Assembly: GCF_006345805.1 (NCBI RefSeq)
Contig: NC_043002.1
Location: 84,754,001-84,818,000 of the forward strand
Length of the DNA stretch: 64,000 nt
DNA from: Octopus sinensis
Taxonomy: Eukaryota
Direction: 5' to 3'
In this document: piece after piece, positions 50,230-63,309 of the stretch
Layout: the number at the start of each line of letters is the position of its first letter
How positions within the stretch are numbered: the stretch's first letter is position 1
The notes under the pieces: model-generated
What the model saw: the letters and a program-made list of their open reading frames with translations, nothing else
Told to the model about the DNA's origin: nothing
Database searches by the model: none
Position numbers and translations under genes: made by a program

Positions 50230-51510
50230 ATAAAAAAATTAGATTTCAGTGCTTAAATTACTTATCTACTTCCACTTTACCATGTGGAAATCGGGCAAAA
50301 GGTGTCTAAACTAAAAATAACTTAACGGTTCGCCAAAGGAGATCGATAAAATAACATAGCGGTTGACCAAATGTGGTCGATAAAATAACATAGCGTTCCG
50401 CCAAAGAAGATCGATAAAATAAATTAGAGGTTCACCGTGGGTGATTGATAATATAACTTAGCGGTTCGCCAAAGGTAATCGATAAACGAACTTAGCGGTT
50501 CGCTAAGAGTGATCGATGAAATAACTTAGGAATTCGCCAAAGCAGTTCGATAAAATAACCTAGCGTTTCACCAAAGGCGTCCGAAAGAAAACATAGCGGT
50601 TCGTCAAAGGAGATCGATAAAATAACTTAGCGATTCGCCAATCGAGATCGATAAAATAACTTTGCAGTCCGCCAAAGGAGATCGATAAAAAAAACCAGCG
50701 GTTCGCCAAAGGAGTCCTAATTAAATAACTTAGCGGTTCACCAAACGAGGTCAATAAAATAGCCTAGCGGTTCGCCAAAATAGTTCGATAAAATAACTTT
50801 GCGTTTCGCCAAAGGAGATCGATAAAATAACTTAGCGGTCCGCCAAAGGATATCCATAAACTAACTTAGCAGTTCACTAATCGTGATCGATAAAATAAAT
50901 TAGCGACTCGCCAAGGGAGAACGATAAAACAACTTAGAGGTTCGCTAAAAGTGATCGATAAAATAACTTAGGAGATCACCAAAGAATATCGATAAAATAA
51001 CACTAGCGGTTCACCAAAGAATATCGATAAAATAAACTAGCGGTTCACCAAAGAATATCGATAAAATAAACTAGCGGTTCACCAAAGAATATCGATAAAT
51101 TAACTTAGTGGTTCACCAATCGAGATCGATAAAATAACTTAACGGTTCGCCGAATGAATCGATAAAATAATATAGCTGTTCATTTTGCGGTGCAGTTTAA
51201 CCAAAACCGGGTATCTTATAGTCGTGATTCATATCGAGCCCTTCTGGGTATTAGCGCGCGTCTACGATGAGTCTACGATTTTAGAAATAATTTACCATCA
51301 TTTTTTCCATTTTAATGCATTTTTCGCTATTATATAAGGAAAGTAACTCTCTAAAAATGTCTACGATGAGTCAACGATTAAAAAAAAAATTACCATCATT
51401 TTTTTTCCATTTTTAATGCATTTTTTTGCTATTTTTTGGCTATAACTCTCTAAAAATGCTTTATAGTTATTTCACTTACAAACCCGAGCAACGCCGGGCG
51501 ATACTGCTAG
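50230..51510 (+). mobile_element. Non-autonomous Helitron-like element with internal minisatellite (5' end uncertain)
   Basis: 3' hairpin CCCG-agcaacgc-CGGG then CTAG|T at 51507-51511; internal 99-bp duplication near 51260/51359. Confidence 0.65.
50313..51180 (+). repeat. 34-bp minisatellite, about 25 copies
   Basis: Consensus aaaataacttagcggttcgccaaaggagatcgat; period 34 (tcgat at 50343 and 50377). Confidence 0.95.
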
Positions 51511-51927
51511 TCGTACATACATCAACTTGCTTTATATATTTAAGGTGTCGCAAACTGAATTTGAATGTGATAGTAATACAAGAAGTGTGACAACTTCACG
51601 GATGGACATAGCAACTCCGCCGTGACTTCTTCCTCTTCTGTCTGTACGAAATACAGCATACCCTGGTATGTACTCCCGCATCTGTTACGTTAGGGGTTAG
51701 ACGTGTTTCAGTGAGCGCCGTGCATATTGCTTGATTGCATCTAGCAAGCCCTTTATATATATAACACATGGATACGTCTCAACCAGCAACAACTCTCTGC
51801 TTGAGTGGTCCATAGTGTCCCGAAATAATTAACTTGAAGACTTTTCCAGGTGGTGCTATTGAGTTAGTTAGGCTGATAATGGCCGAAACCAATCTGAGTT
51901 AGCTAAGTTTTATATATATATATATAT

Positions 51928-52535
51928 ATAAGAAACAGAAAGTAACAACCACACCCTCAACCGCGCGCAGAGCTGGGTCACCTTAAACTAGTCTTATTAT
52001 ATATCTCAACTTTACGTCGGCTTTCAATAAAGTCGTCTATGTATTGTTGTGTCCCAGATCACGCGATCTCGGCTAAGTTAAGAAATTAGAAGATTCGCTG
52101 TGTGAAATTTTAGAAGTCAAACGGTTGTAGTCAATGGTACTCTTTACAAGGAAATACCGTTTAGTTATAATATATAGTGTTGTCCACAATATTTTATTAA
52201 TCTTTTCTGTCCATTTTCCTCGCATGCAACCTTGTGGTAATGGAGTAATGACTTAAGTGGTCTGTAGTCATTTGGGGGCTGTTTCTAGCACAGGCGTTGT
52301 CGTTTCAGCGCCCTTACCATAGTTATATTTTATAATTATACTTAAATATAAATTAACCATTATGGTCTTGTTAGTATGTTGGCCACTGATAAATCATTAA
52401 ATAATGACTTTATTCTAATTATGTATAAATATATATATTAATTCACTCCACAAACACATTTGCTTAGTAAATAACCATAAGGTTGAAATGGAGGTTCGAG
52501 TTTTTGTATCGTATTATGTGTGAAATGCATGTATA
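51928..52535 (-). repeat. Inverted copy of 49490-50098
   Basis: Direct alignment. Confidence 0.95.
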
Positions 52536-52562
52536 TGCTCGTGTATATATATATATATATCT

Positions 52563-52610
<48 letters not shown>

Positions 52611-52611
52611 T

Positions 52612-52990
52612 ATACTACTTCCTGTTTTGCCAACATCCTAAATTAAACAAACAACACATGGTCTTAATCCCATTGTATCCTAATACCTCAAGGTAATTTT
52701 TTCGTGAACAATCATTAAACTCAAGATACACAACGAACTCACAATGTATCGGAGTACTTATTTTTTAATTTTTATACATATTTATTATTATTCTTTTGCA
52801 AAAAACAATGCAACTTTTTTTCCCCTTTCTCATTTTTAAAAAACTTTTTTACCTAACTATTCTTGATAAGTCACACTATGACGAAAACCGGTTTGAATAA
52901 ATATATATTTATATATTTTATCAATTTCTCATTTCATTAAAATTTTCTTTCAACTTAGCATTCTGCATTTTTACAATTTTTCCTTGCTAT
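52612..52990 (+). mobile_element. PLE-like terminal fragment between (TA)n tracts, absent from the partner arm
   Basis: Contains the hammerhead at 52858-52899. Confidence 0.65.
52858..52899 (+). ncRNA. Type I hammerhead with U3-A8 covariant core
   Basis: tattc TTGATAA gtca-cacta-tgac GAA AACCGGTT T gaata; predicted cut after 52894. Confidence 0.75.
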
Positions 52991-53030
52991 ATATATGTAT
53001 ATATATATATATAATATATATATATATATA

Positions 53031-53640
53031 TAGTGGTCGTATACCGTCAACTCAATGTGACAGTCCCGTAAGGGAATTACCTCACCGCCATTTAGCCCTA
53101 GGAAACATCGACGTCTCCTGTCGGCTTTGACACATTTTCTGTGTCCTTATATTTGCAAAGGGGAGGCAATCACCCTCACTAGCTGGGACTAAGCACCTGG
53201 CGACATATGTTTCTGAGTTTATTGTTCGTCGTCAGTTCAGGGTAGCTTGTCTCGCTCGCTGAGATGACCGCAACCTCTTCACAAATATATCATATTATCA
53301 GTAAAATTTATTTACTGATCAGCGAAATTAGAAATATTGAATTTCTAAATGTCTCAGTGGGACATAAGCGGTGGTGGAGTGATATAGTGGTCGTTTACCG
53401 TCAACTCAATGTGACAGTCCCGTAAGGGAATTACACCACCACCATTTAGCCCTAGGAAACATCGACGTCTCCTGCCGGCTTTGACACATTTTCTGTGTCC
53501 TTATATTTGCAAAGGGCTAAATGGCGGTGGTGTAATTCCCTTACGGGACTGTCACATTGAGTTGACGGTATACGACCACTATGTCGCTCCACCACCGCTT
53601 ATGTCTCTCTGAGACATTTAGAAATTCAATATTTCTAAAT
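53031..53640 (-). mobile_element. Inverted copy of 48824-49434 (hammerhead at about 53195-53242)
   Basis: Same hairpin-plus-tandem structure and the same diagnostic variants. Confidence 0.9.
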
Positions 53641-53678
53641 ATATATATATATATATACAAACACATAACACACACATA

Positions 53679-53778
53679 CAGTAGTCCCCGGTATTTGCGG
53701 GGGTTACGTTCCTAGAGTAACCGCGAATAATGAAAGACCGCGAATATTGGACGTAGTCCATAAAAATGTCTCTAATGT

Positions 53779-53781
<3 letters not shown>
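53679..53781 (+). mobile_element. Tigger-like terminal fragment
   Basis: TA|CAGTAGTCCCCGG..., truncated at (TA)n. Confidence 0.7.
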
Positions 53782-53831
<50 letters not shown>

Positions 53832-53835
<4 letters not shown>

Positions 53836-53965
53836 GGAGTAAACACATAAATGTAAACAAGGTGGAAAAAAAGAGTACTCAAATACCAGTGGTAGAGTAA
53901 TATGCTTTATTTAAAGCAGCAGAATTTTTTTTTTGTAGAATTTTCTGCTGCTTTAAATAAAGTAT
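53832..53965. repeat. Short insert in (TA)n ending in a 20-bp hairpin
   Basis: Arms 53905-53924 and 53943-53962 are exact reverse complements. Confidence 0.75.
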
Positions 53966-53974
53966 ATATATATC

Positions 53975-54013
<39 letters not shown>

Positions 54014-54050
54014 TATATATATACTATATATACATATATATATATATATA

Positions 54051-54156
<106 letters not shown>

Positions 54157-54490
54157 CAGCATGGCCGCAGCTCTGAGCTGAAACTAGAGAGAAAAAAACG
54201 TGTGTGCACGCCTGTGTGTGTATGCGCACGCGCGTGTATATATATGTGTAATATCATCATATATATATATAGACATGCATGCACACACACACACACACAT
54301 ACATATAAATGCGTGTGTGTGCTTGTGTGTATAAACCCACACGTTTAAGACATGTTTTAAAATGTTTTATGTAAGAACCTTTATATAATTGCCCTTTTAC
54401 CTGCATATATTATGTTTGTCAATTATTCTTTGACCCTAATCTCTCTGTCTTCTTTCTCTCCTCGTCTTCTCTATCTCTCTCTCTCCCCCT

Positions 54491-54533
<43 letters not shown>

Positions 54534-54553
54534 ATATACACATACATACAAGT

Positions 54554-54609
<56 letters not shown>

Positions 54610-55358
54610 GCTGTCGTTTCTCTCCTTCTCCCAAAGGCTTTTTACTGCGCTACATCTATCAATGTTTTAGAGGTGACCCCCAAACACAGAACCGACGTAG
54701 ACAGAATGTATTGCATGATCTTCAAAGACGAGTGGAACGGAAGATAATATTCCGCTACTTGTTAAAAGCTTACCGTGCTCTCGTTAAGCCCACACCTTCC
54801 TCCGTCTAGCCTCCGCCCATGCGTCGCACTATTTTGCACTCGTTCTTTTGTCACTTCATAAAGGAACAGACACTAACACGTGACCGCTTTTCTCATTATT
54901 CGCGCTCCCCGGCGTCGCTTGATACAAATAAGCGTATGGGGGCAGGCAAATTGCTTCCAGTGGCCGTCAAAGGTGTGAATGCCCGAAGTCAAGAGAGAGT
55001 GAGGGAGAGAGAGAGACAGACAGAGAGAGGGAGAGAGAAAGGGAGAGAGAGAGAGAGAGATACACACACACATACACACAGACAGACAGATAAACAGACA
55101 GCGAGAAAGGTCTCACATCATAGGGAAATGGATAATGACAAGAAAAATAGATGTTATGATAATATATAGAGACAATAATAATTAATTCTAATTTAGATAC
55201 AAAGCCAGTAGTGCTGGAGGGAGGGTGTTAGTCGATTACACCGCCCCCTGAGGGATAAAAGACGGAGTTGACTACGGCTGGATTTGAACTCTGTATTGAA
55301 ATTAATAATACCATTAGCAGTAGCAAAAGAAAAAAAAATCTTGCATGTTCGTGCGTTG

Positions 55359-55416
<58 letters not shown>

Positions 55417-55499
55417 TATATAGTATGCATATATAAGCAGTATAGCAATCACGTATAAAATATATATCCTTGGATGAACCTTTCATTCATGACCTCTAA

Positions 55500-55798
55500 T
55501 CATATTTGTGTGTGTGTGTCTGTGTGTCTGTGTGTGTGTGACTGTATGTGTGTGTGTGTTTGTGTATGTATGTATATATATCTATGTATGTATGTATATA
55601 TATATGTATATGTATGTATGTATGTATATATATATATGTATGTGTGTGTGTGTGTGTTTGTGTATGTATATATATGTATGTATGTGTGTATGTATGTATA
55701 TATATATATATATACATACATACGCAAACACACACATACATACATACACACACACACATGTGTATGTATGTATGTATGTATGTATGTATGTATGTATG

Positions 55799-55874
<76 letters not shown>

Positions 55875-55886
55875 CATACATACAAA

Positions 55887-55923
<37 letters not shown>

Positions 55924-55930
55924 TAATATA
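55500..55930. repeat. Compound microsatellite
   Basis: Seen directly. Confidence 0.95.
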
Positions 55931-56428
55931 TATAGATATGCACACATGTACGCGCACAAATGCGCCCCCCCCCACCGACACGCCATATATACATCAACGT
56001 ACTTATTTATGCCAGAAAACAGGCTACTGGAAAAGGGAGTCGAAGACGGTGGCAGGGAGAAGAAGCAAGGAAATAGAAGAGAAGAGAGCGAATATAAGAT
56101 TTTTGAGAGAGTATGGGAGCTTCACAAAACATATAAAAATTGTAATTTTGACAATTGCATTAGTGACTTAAACACTTATTGTAAACAAACTCATTCATTA
56201 AATTCGCGCATTCATATTTAGAAAACTGCGTGCATGTATTTGTTTGTGTGAAAATGTGTATGTATGTTTGGATGTATGTATATTTGTGTGTGTGTGTGTA
56301 TGTGTGTGTATTTATGTCCGCGGGGTGAGAAAAATGTTTGAAGGCGAAACTTGAAGTTTATGCAAAAAAAAGCAGTAAAGGTGTTACTCTTACAATATAT
56401 CGAATAACATGCACGCACTCACTCACAT

Positions 56429-56461
<33 letters not shown>

Positions 56462-56517
56462 CACACACACACACATACACATACCTCTGTGTGTATGTAT
56501 GTATATATATATAATAT

Positions 56518-56915
56518 ACTCTTTACTCTCTTTTACTCTTTTACTTGTTTCAGTCATCTGACTGCGGCCATGCTGGAGCACCGCCTTTAGTCGAGCAAAT
56601 TGACCCCAGGACTTATTCTATCCGTCTATTTTGCCGAACCGTTAAGTTACGGGGACGTAAACACACCACCACAAGCGATGTTGGGGGGACAAACACAGAC
56701 ACACAAACATATACACATACACATACACATACATATATATATACATATATACGACAGGCTTCTTTCAGTTTCCGTCTACCAAATCCACTCACAAGGCTTT
56801 GGTCGACCTGAAGCTATAGTAGAAGACTCCTATACACGGTGCCACGCACTGGGACTGAACCCAGAACCATTTGGTTGGTAAGCAAGCTACTTACCACACA
56901 GCCACTCATGCGCAT
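56518..56915 (-). mobile_element. SINE A
   Basis: Full-length homology. Confidence 0.9.
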
Positions 56916-57239
56916 ATATATTTTTATATACACAATAGAAGTTAAATTAGATTAAAATAGCCATTTGTGTATCATTCTTAACGTTAATACAACATGATAT
57001 ATCCCCTCCCTCCCTTCCTCCTTCCTTCATTTTTTTACTACTGACCACTGTCTGCTATGCCTACTACTGTCTCGCCCTACCTCACACGCCTACACACAGA
57101 CGCACACACTAACATATACATACATTTTTTGTTTTTTTATCTCGCCTCACACACACATACACACACGCACACGCACACACTCACACATACACACACATCT
57201 GTTGCGTTACCAACCCTGTCTCCACTCTTTTGGCTTTAA

Positions 57240-57505
57240 AAACCTACTTATCTCTTGTTATCGTAAACTTCCGCCTTTCACCATGTGTACTTCGTAAACA
57301 CTAGTCGCTTTTTTTTTCTCCCTCTGTTTGCCCACTTCGGGATCTTTCTTTCCTCTCCTCTTCATCTTTATGTTTCCGACGAAGAGCTCCGCTCGAAACG
57401 TCATACCTTCCTGCTTCCATCTTTCCTGAGCGCCTATTAATAATAATACTGTAATTGTTCCACGTGTTGTTGTTTTTTCTGTTTTCCCGTTTGGATTAAA
57501 ATTAT
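57240..57505 (+). mobile_element. PLE-derived terminal-repeat-like element (family of 3872-4085)
   Basis: Hammerhead-like motif at 57372-57406; ends at (TA)n. Confidence 0.6.
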
Positions 57506-57523
57506 ATATATATATATATATAT

Positions 57524-58408
57524 TCGAGCTATTAGCTGGGTCTCGTATAGCTCTGAGTTCTTTGTCCTCAGTGTATACTGATTAATGTTCAGAGCCATCC
57601 TCAGCATTCTCGTGTAGGACCCATCCACCATCTGAGTGAGTTTCTTATTCAGTCTCTAAGTCTCAGACCCGTACAACTATGTCACCCTCTGTGTTCTCAA
57701 TCTTTGCTTCCAGATATAGCAAGCCCTCAGCCAACATTAGTGGTTTCTGAATGTTCTGTATTAGATACTTCGTCTTAATTTCCTTAATTTTCATCTCCAC
57801 GCTCATCGACACAGTCTCCATCTTCTGCATCAATTCCTCTGCTTCCCTCACTGTTTTTGTCACCCGAACTATGTCATCAGCAAATTCAGCATCTGATATC
57901 TTATTAGCCTTGATCCTCCTGCTCTGAGCCGGCGTTACAGTAAAGCCAGATCCTAGTGTTTCTCCAACGTAAGTCCACCACGATGATAAAAAGGTAGAGA
58001 GCAATGTATCTCCCTGAAGCACTCCGTCATCTCAAGAGTAATGACTTGGGCTCTGGTGTTGGTGTTGGTGTAGAGTAGTGAGATCAGGTCTACTATCTTC
58101 TTGGGTATTCCATAAGCCAGTAAGATCTTCATCAGGTAGTGACGGTCTGCCGAATCAAAGGGCTTCCTAAAATCAATGAAAGCCGTGACAGCAGGAAGAC
58201 ACTTTGCTCTAGCTCTTTCTAATATTCTCCTTAGCATTAGGAGACTGAGGTTAGCTGGACATGCTCCTGTGGGAGCCCCTACACGGACACACTAGAAGAG
58301 GAAGACTGAGGATGACACTAGTCTCTGGGATACACAGGACACGGCAGCAGTGATGAGGGACAAAGACCGCCGGAGAGAGCTCGTCCATGGATCTCGGGAA
58401 TTTTACAG

Positions 58409-58411
<3 letters not shown>
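57524..58411. pseudogene. RTE-clade LINE with 5' inversion: RT on minus (57524-about 58245), C-terminus on plus (about 58242-58411)
   Basis: Minus: FIDFRKPFDS, FADD, DGSYTRMLRMALN, ELY..IAR. Plus: RLRLAGH..LLWEPLHG..RGR. (TA)n on both flanks. Confidence 0.85.
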
Positions 58412-58468
<57 letters not shown>

Positions 58469-58769
58469 TACCCAGGTCAACTTGACATCCGCTTTTATCC
58501 ACGTACGCGAAGGACCCAACATCTAGAAAATTACAGGAGTACGTCCTCATAAATGAAACATCACCAGTACTAAATAGGAAATACACGTAGAAGGTTGTCA
58601 TACCCCAATACCCACAGTTTATATATACATGTAGAGTTGTTAGAAGGCTGCTATGTACACGTATATATGTGTGTGTATCTGTTTACTTACATATCCATTT
58701 ACCTATACATATATATATTTATACATACATACATATATATATATATTGCACCTACGGATTATTGTTACC

Positions 58770-59638
58770 ATTCTTCCTGACCTACGGATCACCTGCAACT
58801 TTCTTCCGGAGTACCGCTTACCGTGATGTAAAATCATTACTTAATCTGTCCGTTGACTCTCAAATCTCTTTCCTGACTTTTTTCAACTTTTTTCTATTGT
58901 TTTCAAACTGTCTTCACCCTTTTTCTTCTTTCGTTGTTTTCCTGTTGTCTCTCCTTTTTCCTGCTTCGCCACCACCCACCTTTACCTGGTTGCCACCACC
59001 CCTCATCATGCCTGACTTGCACTCGTTCGTCCAACACCTTCAATCCCCTCAGCACGCTACCTCGCGTTCTTCCCCCCACAATGTTCCGCACCTGCTATAA
59101 AACTTTCCCGCTTGCTTTTAAGAAAACCCGCCACTCTAGTCATCTTTCCTTTCTTAGCCGGTGCCTCCGCCATCATGTCACCACCCCGCGGTTTCCTCTT
59201 GAAGTTCCACGCTACCCCCTATTCCTCCCCCTTCATCGAACCCACCCTCGCTCGGACCTCCCGCTCCCTCCTCCGCGCCACCATCCGCTCCACCCGCCCC
59301 CTCCTTGACTCCCTCGACCATCAACTTCCCCAGGCCTACCTCCTCCTTCTCTCCGCCTCTGCCCTCCACTCTTCCCCAACCTATCCTCCGCTTCATTCTT
59401 AATCTCAACCACCAACCCTACAACCACCTCACACACACAAAAAACAAAAACTCCACCTCCTCCTCAACCCGTCACCCCCTTCCCCATCCTCCCCCACTGT
59501 TCCCCCCCCCCCCTCCTCGCACCTACCCCACCTTCCACGGACCCCCCCCACCGTGACCTCCTACGCCTAACCCATCTTCACCCAACCACCCCTACCCTCC
59601 CTTCACACCCCTGCACCCCCCGCCTGCCCCTAGTCCTC
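58770..59638 (+). pseudogene. 5' part of a Penelope-like element running into the gap
   Basis: HSSHLSFLSRCLRHHV..P.GFLLKFH resembles PLE ORF N-termini; pyrimidine-rich leader. Confidence 0.55.
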
Positions 59639-59738
59639 NNNNNNNNNNNNNNNNNNNNNNNNNNNNNNNNNNNNNNNNNNNNNNNNNNNNNNNNNNNNNN
59701 NNNNNNNNNNNNNNNNNNNNNNNNNNNNNNNNNNNNNN
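59639..59738. other. Assembly gap (100 N)
   Basis: Seen directly. Confidence 1.
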
Positions 59739-60642
59739 ACAAAATAAAACATAAATAAGAGAACTTGGTATCATTAACAAGCTGGATGTCTGTAGAGCAC
59801 ACATCTTATAAAATATAAAGCAAAAAAAAAAAAAAAAAAAAAAAAAAATCGAAACATGAAAAACTACCGATATATGTTGAACGTTACAATTGCAACATGG
59901 CAGAAATGTAATTAATAATTACAATAACAGCAACGAGAACTAGTAATATTAGTTGAAATAATATTAATAACAAAGTGTGAATTTTTTCTTTTTTTTTGGA
60001 TTACTGCTGGCGGTAATTCATGGAGTTTAAAAAAAATCAGTTTGGAATATCTTAATGAATTTTTAATTTCCACCCCACCCCCATCACCATCAACCATTGT
60101 GTGTAAATACATATATATATATATATATGTAAATATATAGTATATATATATATATATATATATATATCGTTTTTGTCAATGGCGTTTTCTTTTTTATTGC
60201 ACCGCATATGGAGATTTACTTTGAGTATAGGAATTGATGATAGTACGCAGCTGATATTGAGAAAAAGTATTAATTAGACAATATGATTACAGTCTTAATT
60301 TTTTTATATATAGTTAATTATATAATTATAAATATTGATTAGAGTGTTTAGCAGAATTCTAATAAACGAAACAGCTTCATAAGGTAACGTAAGTGGGCAT
60401 GGATTCGTAATAATTGCATACTGACAAATGGAAAGTCAGAATAATGATTGATCTGGGTGAGAAAAAAACATGAGTTGTTTTGATCTTAATGCATTTCTCA
60501 AGAGCATTTATGACATACGACATCGAAATAACTTCGACCAGGTATAGAAAAAGAGTCAGCGAGTTCGTTCTGTAGCTCTAGCTTGACCGATATAGCTTGA
60601 ACTATTCGTGATCAGAATTTTGGAATCAACATGTAGCTAAGC

Positions 60643-60808
60643 CAGGTATGGGTAAACTTTCTCGAGAAGCGGCCTGCATGAGACATAGCTCAGCATAAAG
60701 CGGGCCGCATGAGACAGCTCATCAGGCATTACTAAAAAAAAATTCAAGATAATTTTTCCTTGGCATGTAGTTCAGAAAGTCTCGCAGGCTGAAGTTTTCC
60801 TGTGACTG
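60643..60808. mobile_element. Possible old hAT-type MITE
   Basis: CAGGTATGGGTAAACTT / AAGTTTTCCTGTGACTG imperfect TIR; flanking 8-mers match 5/8. Confidence 0.4.
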
Positions 60809-61350
60809 GACTAACCCTTATTTATATATTTTATCACGAATAATAATTTTCGATAAATTCAAAGGGTATTGCATGGAAAGAATTAAAAAAGAAGAAATTT
60901 CAGCTGTTAATGGTGAACAACCCACTTACAGACTTTATTTACCGTTAACTTAATATTTGCGAAAGATTTCTCTCTAATTTAACAACTAAATTGGTTAATA
61001 ATTATTCCAACATTTAAGGGAAAGATTCGAACACCGAAAATATTTTAATAGATATGCAATTTATTCTAGATTCTCACTTTTCCAGTCAACTCTCTCTTCC
61101 TCATTTTCTCTCTTTTCTAATTATTCTGTTCTAACTCCTATAATACTCTTTAAGTAAGAGTAAATAGCGTTTAAAGTACTGTATCAGTGGTACATTAGAA
61201 TTAAATTTCTGTGAAGTGGTCAAAAGTGCAGCGACACTTGACCAGCACAGGCTCTCAGATGGGAGGTGAGGGTTCACGACGTATTTTCCCTAACTCATTT
61301 TTCACATCAATATATAAATGATGACTTAATTTGTAGAAACTGCTAACCTC

Positions 61351-61385
<35 letters not shown>

Positions 61386-61534
61386 GTGAGTGGGTAAGCA
61401 AAAATTACCTACTAGAGTATGAATAGTTTTTCCTATTCTGCTGGCCAGAACAACAAATATCACACATACACATACATATACAACACACACCACACACCTA
61501 AATACACATATATATATGTGTGTGTATATGTATC

Positions 61535-61576
<42 letters not shown>

Positions 61577-61593
61577 TATATATAATAATATAT

Positions 61594-61638
<45 letters not shown>

Positions 61639-62004
61639 GAGTGTGTGTATTCTGTATTATATAATTACTCACTAAAAGTAAATATAATAGTTTTTTTTTT
61701 CTATCCTGCTGGCCAGTCGAGAAATAATAAATGTTTTATTTTCTTTATTATCTTCGGAATTTTTCTATTTGTTTTCTTTTGTTGTTAGAAATTTCATTAG
61801 AGATTATTTTCCAATATTTTTTCAATTTTCAATTTCATATATATATATATATACACAAACGTATATATATATATATATATATAAGCATACAAAGACAATT
61901 TTCATTATTGCTTATTTAATAATAAACTGCATAGAAAAAAATGACTGGTCATTTTTATGTTTTGTTTCCTGGTTATCATATTATATATTCATGAAAGATA
62001 TCTC

Positions 62005-62076
<72 letters not shown>

Positions 62077-62104
62077 TTGCTGATGATGATGAAAATGATA
62101 ATTT

Positions 62105-62320
62105 TTTTATTTAGGCACAAGGCCAGCGAATTTTAGGGAAAATGATGGTTAGCTGGTACCAGAGATCGCATTTTTTGACAGGGACCATGCTTTAGCGATC
62201 CCAGAAGGATGAAAGAGAAAAGGATCTCGGCAGGATTTAAATTCGGAACGTAAAGTGTCGGAACATTTATCGCAATGAAATCTGGTCAACTCTCCAAAGA
62301 TTCTGCCAATCTACCGCCCT
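62105..62320 (-). mobile_element. SINE B, tail type 2, diverged
   Basis: aggcacaaggcc tail and gaaggatgaaag body. Confidence 0.7.
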
Positions 62321-62322
62321 GA

Positions 62323-62324
<2 letters not shown>

Positions 62325-62378
<54 letters not shown>

Positions 62379-62400
62379 ATAATAATAATAATAATAATAA

Positions 62401-62431
<31 letters not shown>

Positions 62432-62452
62432 AAGAAAAGAAGAGAAGAAGAA

Positions 62453-62486
<34 letters not shown>

Positions 62487-62690
62487 ATAGTAGAAGAAGG
62501 AAAGAGGAAGATAGAAGAGGAGGAGGAGGAGAGGTAGGAAGAAGGAAGAAAAGAGAGGAGAAGAGGAGGAGGAGGAGGAGAGAAGAAAGAGAAGAAGAAG
62601 AAGAAGAAAGAAGTAAGAGGAGTAGGAGATAGAGGAAGGAGAAGAAGAAGAAGAAGAAGAAGAAGAAGAAAGAAGAAAAGAAGAATGATA
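62325..62690. repeat. Trinucleotide compound repeat (ACT/AAT/AAG/AGT/AGG)
   Basis: Seen directly. Confidence 0.95.
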
Positions 62691-62825
62691 ATCTTTTCTA
62701 TTCTAGGCACAAAGCCCGAAATTTTTGGGGGCGGGGGCCAGTCTATTAGATCGACCCTAGTACGCAACTGGTACTTAATTATCGACTCCAAAAGGATGAA
62801 AGCAAAGTCGACCTCGGCGGAATTT
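62690..62825 (-). mobile_element. SINE B, tail type 2, 3' part
   Basis: ctaggcacaaagcccgaaattttt...ggatgaaagcaaagtcgacctcggcgg. Confidence 0.8.
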
Positions 62826-63309
62826 TAATGATAAAAGTAATAATAATAATGATTATAATAATAATAATAATAATAAGCTTTCGTGTTCATAATCAATGAA
62901 ATAGACGAAGATACTAGAGGAATCTACAGTTAACTGTATCAACCTCCTTGGATGATAGTTGCCACGCCCACTCACGTGATGCTACGACTGACGGGTTCTA
63001 CCGCTTCCTTTTAACCTCTGGTTAAGCTAGCTACTGTAACCAACAACTGAGCGTCTACTTTGTCCCTCGACCTGCTAGATATAGCAGCCACATTGTTCTC
63101 AGATCACACACTATTATTTTAAATAAAGAAGGGTGCCTTATATAATGTAGTCTCTGGTACAGAATAAGACGGTTACAGCTTTTGAATATATTTGGGCTAT
63201 TACGGCGATTACGAGCTAACGAGTAAACCACAGCTACGTGCTTGATCGGATGCTAAAAACAGCAGCTATATTTTTTCCTAAGTCACACTCTTACTGTCTT
63301 AATCCTTTC

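Noticed and set aside
50313-51180. CRISPR array
   Set aside because: Contiguous 34-bp units without unique spacers, no cas genes, eukaryotic context.
51690-51755. Hammerhead remnant on minus (GAAAC ac GTC taacccc)
   Set aside because: The core would need an insertion and a substitution, and stem II is absent; too degenerate to support.
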